Source: an uncultured Chlamydiales bacterium (GTDB lineage: Bacteria; Chlamydiota; Chlamydiia; Chlamydiales; FEN-1388). From it: a stretch of DNA of 64,000 nucleotides. Position 1 is the first letter of the stretch, and each line of letters starts with the position of its first letter. The stretch is taken from the NCBI GenBank assembly GCA_963826935.1, contig CAWGYH010000002.1:712028-776027 (forward strand). Direction: 5' to 3'. The position numbers and the translations under genes were made by a program. The notes beneath the pieces were generated by a model that saw nothing but the letters and a program-made list of their open reading frames with translations, ran no database searches and was not told the origin of the DNA. Positions 54,171 to 61,339 of this stretch are shown here, piece after piece.

Positions 54171-54212
54171 GCATTCGTAATGGGGGCGTCAGTTCGGCTC
54201 CGGCTTCAGGCA
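54171..54212 (+). repeat. degenerate third copy of the tRNA-Thr 3' part (distal att remnant)
   Basis: gcattcgtaatgggggcgtcagttcggctccggcttcaggca versus gcattcgtaatgcggaggtcgtcggttcgactccggcttcaggca. Same orientation, with a 3-nt deletion and several substitutions. Confidence 0.7.
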
Positions 54213-54279
54213 TTTTTTTATATTGTACCTTCGGAGAGCTCTGTGAATTACGCAACAGCTGCTGCGCAAATTCTCTAGG

Positions 54280-54534
54280 CTAGAACTTAAAGTGTACAAA
54301 AATACGGCCGAAGTTTTTGCTGTCTTTTTCTATGCGGTGATAGAGCTGTTTAATTTCTTTGCGTTCTAGAAAGCGAAGTACGGTCTTTTTAAGCTGACCG
54401 CTCCCTTTACCTGGAATGATTTCTACAAGCGTGATCTTTTCTTCTACTGCCTGATAGATCACGCGTTGCAGCTCAGCCTCAATAGCTTTGCCTTTATTAA
54501 ATAACTCATGAAGATCTAGTTTGATTTTTGCCAT
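54280..54534 (-). CDS. Smr-domain protein
   Basis: 84 aa. LDLHELF...LVEIIPGKGSGQLKKTVLRFL is typical of small MutS-related (Smr) domains. Confidence 0.75.
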   Translation of the reverse strand: MAKIKLDLHELFNKGKAIEAELQRVIYQAVEEKITLVEIIPGKGSGQLKKTVLRFLERKEIKQLYHRIEKDSKNFGRIFVHFKF

Positions 54535-54605
54535 AATGTTATTAAGAATTCCTTTCTCTATCTGCGTTTCTAGTCGCCGCTTTCGGCAGATTAGCGCTGC
54601 AATAC

Positions 54606-55013
54606 TTAAATACTGGTATCGCTAACCTCGTCGCTATGGTAGAGCCACTTGCCGGCGGTTTTTACGAAGCGGCTTTTTTCTTCGAAGGAACAGTCGTTTC
54701 CGCTTTGGGTAAGGTGCGCTTTGAAGTGGACGAAGGCTTCTGTTTCTCCATTTTGGAAGCTTAGGATGTCAAGGCCTGTGAAATTAGTGGTGTGGCAGAA
54801 CTGGAGGAGGTCGGCTTCGATCTTGCTTTGGCTCTTTTTGAAAAGGGGGTTTGAGGGGTGGGTGGTTTGGATGAGGTAGTGGATGAGGCCTTTGGCGTAG
54901 GCGCTGTAGCGCGAGCGCATAAGCTCTAGCGCTGTTTTGGGCAGGGATATGCCCTTGTGAAAGGGCTCGCAGCAGAGGCTGTAGAGTTTTTTGCTGTGGC
55001 ATGGGCAGATCAT
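54606..55013 (-). CDS. YchJ-family (UPF0225) SEC-C-motif protein
   Basis: N-terminal CPCHSKKLYSLCCEPFHKG and YchJ-like length (135 aa). Confidence 0.75.
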   Translation of the reverse strand: MICPCHSKKLYSLCCEPFHKGISLPKTALELMRSRYSAYAKGLIHYLIQTTHPSNPLFKKSQSKIEADLLQFCHTTNFTGLDILSFQNGETEAFVHFKAHLTQSGNDCSFEEKSRFVKTAGKWLYHSDEVSDTSI

Positions 55014-55876
55014 ATAATTAACCTATGTTGAAATCCTGCAAGGCTTAGGAGGCCTCCGGAGTGGATAAAGAGGACAGGGCCTTTTAGGGCTTGATCTTGC
55101 AGGAGTTTTTCAAGGAGCAAGTAGAGCTTTGCTGAATATATTGGATCAAGTAAAACGCCCTCATACTGTGCTGTGCGAGTTATTGTTTTAAAAATTGTGC
55201 TGTTTGTGGAGCCGAAGGATTTTGCCGTTGTTGGAGTATAGATAGTGGCGTTTGTCTGATCTTGCAAGGTAAAGGGAGCAAGCTGGAGGACATGTATGCG
55301 GGCATTTTTTTGCAGCTTGCGAAATGTTGTGATAAGGCTTTGGGCGGTGGTGCCGGTGCCTGCATCTATGAGGATATCGTTAAAGATGCAGCCGGCCTCC
55401 TTTTCATTTTCCAGGATGTCGTAGGCAAGCGTTGCAAGGCCTTCAGCTACTTCTGGGCAGGCAGCGCCTTCCGGGACGAGATAGGCATTATTTTCTTTTG
55501 CCCAAGAGCCGGCAATAGCGTTTACTTCGTGCCAGGAGGTTCTTGGTATGGTGTGGATCTGTTTTTTTGGGACGAAGAGCTGTATGAAGAGTCCGATTCC
55601 TTGCGGCTTTTCTTTTGACTCTAGTAAAAAGAGGGTGGGCTCTATGCCATTTTCGATGAGAAGGGATGCAAGGCCTAAGATGTTATTTGAGGAGCTGCTT
55701 CCTATAAGGGCTACCTTCTTGCAGCCTTTATTTAGTATGTGAGGGATGAGGGATTGATATTTTCTTAGTTTTGTGCCCGATACCACGCAGCCAAGCTCAT
55801 CTTCGCGCTTTATGTAGCAAGGGATGTTGTAGCGCTGGCCAATTTTTAGGCGATGGACTCTTGAGTGAATAGGCAT
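55010..55876 (-). CDS. PLP-dependent ACC deaminase / D-cysteine desulfhydrase family protein
   Basis: KREDELGCVVSGTKLRKYQSL (PLP-Lys context GxKxRK), a glycine-rich loop, and family-typical length. Confidence 0.7.
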   Translation of the reverse strand: MPIHSRVHRLKIGQRYNIPCYIKREDELGCVVSGTKLRKYQSLIPHILNKGCKKVALIGSSSSNNILGLASLLIENGIEPTLFLLESKEKPQGIGLFIQLFVPKKQIHTIPRTSWHEVNAIAGSWAKENNAYLVPEGAACPEVAEGLATLAYDILENEKEAGCIFNDILIDAGTGTTAQSLITTFRKLQKNARIHVLQLAPFTLQDQTNATIYTPTTAKSFGSTNSTIFKTITRTAQYEGVLLDPIYSAKLYLLLEKLLQDQALKGPVLFIHSGGLLSLAGFQHRLII

Positions 55877-55914
55877 ATCTTCGCTATAGTTTTGGCTCTT
55901 TTACGGTGGTTATT

Positions 55915-56940
55915 ATGACACAATGGCTTATTTATCTTATGGCACTTTTAGTAACGCAGCCTCTTATGGCTATCATGATCCATCACAATGTTGAAAGCTC
56001 AAGTAATGTGTATGAATGGGTGGTTGACAACATAAGCCCCTTTGATGAGCTTGTGGTAAGCTGGAATGGCCTAAGGCCGGTCTCCGGCGAGATTGATATT
56101 GCGATTAGCATAAAGCAGGATGGCTGGACAGAAGAGCTTCCCTATGCTGTTTGGGCAGCAAATGAACAAAAAACCTTTAAAGTGATGGCTAAAAGCGAAA
56201 ATGCGCGAACAAATGAAGATACGCTTGAGCTGTTAAATAAAAGAAAGGCTACCGGTTTTAAAGTAAAGGTAGAGGCAAAAGATGGCGCCTCGCTCAATAA
56301 CTTCTGGAGGCTGCATGCATCATTTTGTGATGTTGCAAGCTACCGCGAAAAAATTGCATCTGATGCTGCCTGGAAGGGGTCTGAATCAATCAGAATACCC
56401 CTTCCCGGAAGGTCGCAGGTTGCGCTGGATCATCCTCGCAATATGCACCTTTGCTCTCCCACTTCAACATCTGCCGTAGTAACCTACCTTGCCGGCAAAA
56501 ATTTTGGGGCTGTAGACTTTGCCCAAAAGGTGTGGGATAAGGGCCATAACATCTATGGCAACTGGATTTTTAACGTAGCTGAGGCATCAAACTGTTTAGG
56601 CAAGGGCTGGAGCATCTATATGGAGCGCTTTGACTCCTTTGATAAAGTTTATAATAATCTCAAGCTGGGAATTCCCACTGTTGTGAGCGTGCGCGGATCT
56701 CTTCCGGGTGCTATTCATCCCTACAAAGAGGGCCACCTCATCGCTGTAATCGGCTACGACAAAGATCAGGATACTATCCTCTGCATGGACCCTGCCTACA
56801 ATCAAGATAACGACACCTTGGTCTCCTATCCGAGGGTCGATTTTTTAAAGGCTTGCGCTGCTCGCGGATACATCGCCTATTGCTTCGATATAGCAAACTC
56901 GGATATGATAGCTTATTTGGAGGCACCACGTGGTAGATAG
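55915..56940 (+). CDS. secreted peptidase C39-like (BtrH_N-like) cysteine peptidase domain protein
   Basis: Signal-like MTQWLIYLMALLVTQPLMA, C-terminal domain with CSPTSTSAV (Cys) and EGHLIAVIGYD (His). Confidence 0.55.
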   Translation: MTQWLIYLMALLVTQPLMAIMIHHNVESSSNVYEWVVDNISPFDELVVSWNGLRPVSGEIDIAISIKQDGWTEELPYAVWAANEQKTFKVMAKSENARTNEDTLELLNKRKATGFKVKVEAKDGASLNNFWRLHASFCDVASYREKIASDAAWKGSESIRIPLPGRSQVALDHPRNMHLCSPTSTSAVVTYLAGKNFGAVDFAQKVWDKGHNIYGNWIFNVAEASNCLGKGWSIYMERFDSFDKVYNNLKLGIPTVVSVRGSLPGAIHPYKEGHLIAVIGYDKDQDTILCMDPAYNQDNDTLVSYPRVDFLKACAARGYIAYCFDIANSDMIAYLEAPRGR

Positions 56941-57490
56941 ATTCATTCGCAATATTAACAAAACCGGTGCCATTACCTGCTGTTCTGAAGAGGTGGCAAA
57001 TGCTCTTGCTTCTAAAGCTAATCTAGCAAGGGCTAAAACCGTTGTAGAGCTTGGTTCCGGAACTGGTGCAATCACAGAAAAAATCTTAGAAAATCTCCAA
57101 AAAGATGCCCTTTTTCTAGCTTTAGAGCTTAACGAGCACTTCGTTGAAGAGACAAAAAAGCGCTGCCCCGCAGCCAACGTCTATCACGATACAGCGGAAA
57201 ATGTAAAAATATACCTCAATAAGCATGGCCAAGAGACCTGCGACTGCGTTATTTCGACACTTCCCTGGACCCTTTTTGATAAAGAATTGCAAGAGAGCAT
57301 CTTAAACGCCATTTGGGATGTACTGCCGGAAGGCGGCGAATTTCTTACTGTAGCCTATACATTTGCTCCGCTTCTTCCCGGAGGCAAGCGCTTTAAAAAC
57401 CTTATCCAAAAACGCTTTGCTCACGTAACAAGAACAAAACCTATCTGGAAAAACCTCCCTCCTGTATATGTCTATTATTGTAAAAAATAG
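56930..57490 (+). CDS. class I SAM-dependent methyltransferase (COG3963 phospholipid N-methyltransferase-like)
   Basis: FIRNINKTGAITCCSEEVANALA...VVELGSGTGAITEKIL. GTG start with ggagg upstream. Confidence 0.7.
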   Translation: MVDRFIRNINKTGAITCCSEEVANALASKANLARAKTVVELGSGTGAITEKILENLQKDALFLALELNEHFVEETKKRCPAANVYHDTAENVKIYLNKHGQETCDCVISTLPWTLFDKELQESILNAIWDVLPEGGEFLTVAYTFAPLLPGGKRFKNLIQKRFAHVTRTKPIWKNLPPVYVYYCKK

Positions 57491-57501
57491 TAGGCAAATC
57501 G

Positions 57502-58143
57502 ATGAAAGAGCAAGAAGTTCTTATTCAGGTTGGCGAGAACAATCTGAATGGTATCCTTTCCATTCCTGAAAAGGCAAAGGGCATAGTTCTCTTTGCACAC
57601 GGCTCAGGAAGCGGCCGTTTAAGCCCAAGAAATCAGTTTGTAGCTAAAAAGCTCCAAAAAGCTGGCCTTGCAACGCTTTTGATGGACCTTCTTACAGAAG
57701 AAGAAGATCTGATCGATGAGCGTACGCGCCAGTTTCGTTTTGATATCGCCCTTTTAGCTCAACGCCTTATTGGCTGTGTAGAATGGCTTGAAAAGCAAAA
57801 AGAGACGAATGGGCTCTCTGTTGGCTACTTTGGAGCCTCTACAGGAGCGGCTGCCGCCCTTATGGCGGCATCAGAACAGGGCAGTAAAATTAAAGCCATA
57901 GTCTCGCGCGGCGGAAGGCCCGACCTTGCTATCGATCAACTTGACCAGGTGACATGCCCGACACTTCTCATCGTAGGCGGCAACGACCTTGCCGTCATCG
58001 AAATGAACGAAAGAGCATTAGAGGCCTTAAGCGTTGAGAAAAAGATTGAAATCGTGCCGGGCGCTACACATCTTTTCGAGGAGCCGGGAACATTGGAAGC
58101 TGTCGCCGACCTTGCCTCAAAATGGTTTGTGCAGCATTTGTAG
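57502..58143 (+). CDS. dienelactone hydrolase-family alpha/beta hydrolase
   Basis: LFAHGSGSGRLSPRN, nucleophile elbow YFGASTGAAAAL, LIVGGNDL, PGATHLFEEPG. Confidence 0.8.
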   Translation: MKEQEVLIQVGENNLNGILSIPEKAKGIVLFAHGSGSGRLSPRNQFVAKKLQKAGLATLLMDLLTEEEDLIDERTRQFRFDIALLAQRLIGCVEWLEKQKETNGLSVGYFGASTGAAAALMAASEQGSKIKAIVSRGGRPDLAIDQLDQVTCPTLLIVGGNDLAVIEMNERALEALSVEKKIEIVPGATHLFEEPGTLEAVADLASKWFVQHL

Positions 58144-58337
58144 AAGAGCTGCAACCTTGCTGTTTTCTGTTTGGCCAATGTCTCCTGACTTTGACCTAAA
58201 AATGAGCCGATTGAGTCAATGTGTTTTAACGCATCGGCTCAATCGGCTCATGAATCGCTGGGTGAGCCGATGAAGAAATGGCTGTTTCCTTTGCACTTTC
58301 AACATCTAGGTAGCTTTGTGATACGGCAAGTGTAGAT
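58117..58337 (-). pseudogene. decayed, internally deleted copy of the phosphoribosyltransferase gene
   Basis: Two blocks match the intact gene: 58122-58186 with 60313-60377, and 58281-58337 with 60644-60700. The remnant still translates as ...LAVSQSYLDVESAKETA... and ...DIGQTENSKVAALLQMLHKPF*, compared with LGVSQKYLDAECAKEKA and DFGQTEDSEVVALLQIVHKPL in the intact copy. Confidence 0.6.
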
Positions 58338-58400
58338 TAAATAAAAGGTTTACAATCTGCCCCTAATATGTTACTTGTTAGTATTAGGTTGGAGGTGGAT

Positions 58401-60263
58401 ATGAATATTGTAGATCCCGGGGTTGGCCCTGAAGACCAAGTTGGCCCTAAGGAAAAAGTTGAAAAGGGAGAGTTTAGTGGGCATAAGGTTCGTCGCAAAA
58501 AAAGCGATAAGGCAGATGCGCTACTAGATAAACAAAAAGAGGCCCCCACGACCGATCAGGTTCCTGATCGCATCAGGCACAAGGTCACCCCTTCCCTCAA
58601 GCGCACGAGGTCACTACCGGATCTAAAGCCACTTCAGGCAAAAGATAAAGCAAAAGCAGAGCGACATGGGGAACTTTGGGAATGTATTGATAGAGTCGAG
58701 GGCCAGCATGGCGGATTTATCTACAAGTACAGAATACGTGAAGAGTTTGTGATCGGCAAAAGCGATCAGGAAATTCTGAATGCGGTAACCGAAAATCTGC
58801 AAGTGGTAACCGAAAAGATCTTACAGATATTTCCTGCCGTCGAAGCTATCCCGTTTCATCCCGGTGGCCAGCTAAACCTTGTCCCTATCCTTTTTGATAG
58901 GGACACCGGAGAGTTATTTCCTTTGCTCAAAGAGCTTGGCTACTCCTATGAAAATGGCATTCTCTCATTGCCGGATCTTGAGGCTTTGAAAAAGGGGTGG
59001 AAAGAGCTGCAAAGTCGCTATCCCAATCTTCCGGATTTTGATATTGTCTCGTCAGAAGGTATTGCAGATGATATCACATTTGCAACAAGCTCCCTCTCGT
59101 TTGATGCGCTGCTTTCTCGTGGCAAAGAGTTTGTGCACGATCACCTCTTTCACGTGATTCCTGTCATTAAGCTTTTATCAGCTACCCTTGTGAGTGACCC
59201 AGGAAATCTCAAATATCAGGATATCAAAATTAACCTTGTAAAGGGTACGTTAGCAGCACTGCGCCGATTCGCTTGGGCAGAAGAGCTGCTTAACCGAACA
59301 TGGCCCAGCGGTGCCGATGAGGTGACAAGCCGAAACGTGCGTATAACAAGGCTTGATCTTGAACAGCTTGCAAAGGGGCTTGGAGCAGTTGTTGATGATA
59401 CATCGACAGAGGATACCCTTAGGAGGCTTGAAGCTAAAGTTGAGAGCTTTGGTGATGTGCCTCGTAAATTAGAGATACAGTACTGGAAGATTTTACAAGA
59501 GCGGTTGTATCCAGAAAATACATACAATACCGCCCATTTAGAAGAGGTGTGGCGTGAGCTTGGCCGGTTAGAAATTGACTACCTGAATGAACTTCTTGCA
59601 GATAAGCCGCTTGAAAAGATGAACAATCCATTCTATCGATGTATCTCTGAATCCAAAACTGAGCAAGGCACGTTTTATACATTTCAGGTTAATGATCGCT
59701 ATACAAAAGCAGATGAAAAAACAAATTTGGACATCAGGAGTGCCCTTTACCGAATGCAAGATCCATCGCCTAAAACGTTCTTGGCACTAAAGTTAATGGC
59801 TCCTAATAAACTACAGCTTGAACTTACACCTCCAAAAGAGTTCGATAAATATAAAGAAGAATATTTGAAGATAAAGCGATTGGATTACAGTCTAGTTGGG
59901 TTTTCTGAAAAAAAGATAGATGAATTGATTGGAGATTTACTTGATGACCCTGAATCGATGAAGCGCATTCAGAAAAGCCACTCAAGTGCCCTGCAGGCAG
60001 CATCGCTCTTCCAAGCGCTTGGCTACCGCTATCAAAAAACTGAGGAAGGTATAGTATTTACAGCACCAAATCGCCAAACAGTGCAGCGAAATTGGGAACA
60101 GGTCCAGAAGATTTATCCAAAAATCGCCTCTTTTGAGGAAATCATTACCGATCTTACAAAGGATCACGGAGAGGGCAGCCAACCACTTACTGACCAATAT
60201 TTCCTTTCAGATCATTTCAGAGGCCCCATCCAAGCAATCTTATTTCAAGCAGGATTATTTTGA
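58401..60263 (+). CDS. hypothetical ~620-aa protein (candidate effector) with a basic N-terminal region and an internal two-fold repeat
   Basis: Start placed at the ATG at 58401 (ggaggtgg RBS). N-terminal K/R-rich disordered region (HKVRRKKSDK, LKRTRSLPDLK). Repeated units GGFIYKYRI...LGYSYENGILSLPD...W.ELQSRYPNLPDF and GTFYTFQV...LGYRYQKTEEGIVFTAPN...WEQVQKIYPKIASF. Confidence 0.5.
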   Translation: MNIVDPGVGPEDQVGPKEKVEKGEFSGHKVRRKKSDKADALLDKQKEAPTTDQVPDRIRHKVTPSLKRTRSLPDLKPLQAKDKAKAERHGELWECIDRVEGQHGGFIYKYRIREEFVIGKSDQEILNAVTENLQVVTEKILQIFPAVEAIPFHPGGQLNLVPILFDRDTGELFPLLKELGYSYENGILSLPDLEALKKGWKELQSRYPNLPDFDIVSSEGIADDITFATSSLSFDALLSRGKEFVHDHLFHVIPVIKLLSATLVSDPGNLKYQDIKINLVKGTLAALRRFAWAEELLNRTWPSGADEVTSRNVRITRLDLEQLAKGLGAVVDDTSTEDTLRRLEAKVESFGDVPRKLEIQYWKILQERLYPENTYNTAHLEEVWRELGRLEIDYLNELLADKPLEKMNNPFYRCISESKTEQGTFYTFQVNDRYTKADEKTNLDIRSALYRMQDPSPKTFLALKLMAPNKLQLELTPPKEFDKYKEEYLKIKRLDYSLVGFSEKKIDELIGDLLDDPESMKRIQKSHSSALQAASLFQALGYRYQKTEEGIVFTAPNRQTVQRNWEQVQKIYPKIASFEEIITDLTKDHGEGSQPLTDQYFLSDHFRGPIQAILFQAGLF

Positions 60264-60296
60264 TCGGCTAGTTTCAAGCTGCTTCGTGAAATTTCA

Positions 60297-60950
60297 TCAA
60301 CTACTACCAGAAAGTGGTTTGTGCACTATTTGTAGAAGAGCTACCACTTCGCTGTCTTCTGTTTGGCCAAAGTCTTGGTAGAACTGTCCCACAGCCTGAA
60401 AGCCCCATGGGGTTTCTATACAGATACATTCATCGCACATCGCTTGTATTTCGCTAGCAGTGTCAGGGGGTGCAACCGGGACGGCAACGACAATTTTGGT
60501 GGGATTTTGGCTTTTTATGGACTGGATGGCGGCTTTCATTGTGGCGCCTGTTGCAAGGCCGTCGTCGACGATGATCACGGTTTTATGGGTAAAATCTAGG
60601 GGTTTTAACCCTTTTCGGAAGAGGGCCATACGACGCTGGGCAACTGCTTTTTCCTTTGCACACTCAGCATCTAGGTACTTTTGGGATACGCCAAGAGATC
60701 TGATAAGATCATTGTTAAAATAGCCCTCGCCTGTTTCGGTGATGGCTCCAAGGGCAAGTTCCGGGTTGAAGGGTGCACCCACTTTTCTTGGGCAGATCAC
60801 ATCAAGAGGCTGGTTGAGCTGCTTTGCGATTTCAAAGCCGAGCACAACACCGCCTCTTGGAAGGGCAATGATTATAACATCTTTTTTGTCTTTGTAGCCC
60901 TCAAGACGAGCGGCAAGTTTTTTTCCTGCATCTTGGCGGTTGAGGAACAT
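60297..60950 (-). CDS. phosphoribosyltransferase-family protein
   Basis: MFLNRQDAGKKLA...IIALPRGGVVLGFEIA...PRPP motif VIIVDDGLATGATM. Confidence 0.85.
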   Translation of the reverse strand: MFLNRQDAGKKLAARLEGYKDKKDVIIIALPRGGVVLGFEIAKQLNQPLDVICPRKVGAPFNPELALGAITETGEGYFNNDLIRSLGVSQKYLDAECAKEKAVAQRRMALFRKGLKPLDFTHKTVIIVDDGLATGATMKAAIQSIKSQNPTKIVVAVPVAPPDTASEIQAMCDECICIETPWGFQAVGQFYQDFGQTEDSEVVALLQIVHKPLSGSS

Positions 60951-60969
60951 ATAGATTGACCCTTAGATG

Positions 60970-61269
60970 TTATTTTTTTGCATCCATGGCGCTTTTAATG
61001 TAGGTGATAATGGCTGTTAACACAGCGCCGCTTCCGCCGCTTGCTCCAATATTGGCAAGTAGCGAGCTCCAGTCAAACTGGCCGGATCCTGAAGTTACTG
61101 CTGTAATGATTCCGAGCGCCTGTAAGATATAGGTGGCGGCAGTTCCGCCAATCAGGCCAGAAATGGTGTTGGCTAAAACGCCAAGGTTTTTATCTTGTGT
61201 AGCAGGTCCTGCAATGTTGCCGCCTACAGCTCCGCTAATGAGTGTCGTAATCAGGTTAAGGATATCCAT
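60970..61269 (-). CDS. small glycine-rich membrane-associated protein
   Basis: 99 aa with GxxxG-rich hydrophobic segments (ISGAVGGNIAG, ISGLIGGTAATYIL, IGASGGSGAVLTAII). Confidence 0.45.
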   Translation of the reverse strand: MDILNLITTLISGAVGGNIAGPATQDKNLGVLANTISGLIGGTAATYILQALGIITAVTSGSGQFDWSSLLANIGASGGSGAVLTAIITYIKSAMDAKK

Positions 61270-61339
61270 AAATTTCTCCCGTACATGGATTTTATATAAA
61301 AAACCCTATATGACAAATGGTCGTTTTTAAATACAAGAA

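Larger units (their letters stand above)
45000..54212 (+). mobile_element. decayed distal island(s) in tandem with island I
   Basis: Bounded by the exact repeat at 44957-44999 and a degenerate repeat at 54171-54212. It holds mobility-gene remnants, pseudogenes, and second copies of the AlbA_2 gene and the chaperone module. Confidence 0.65.
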
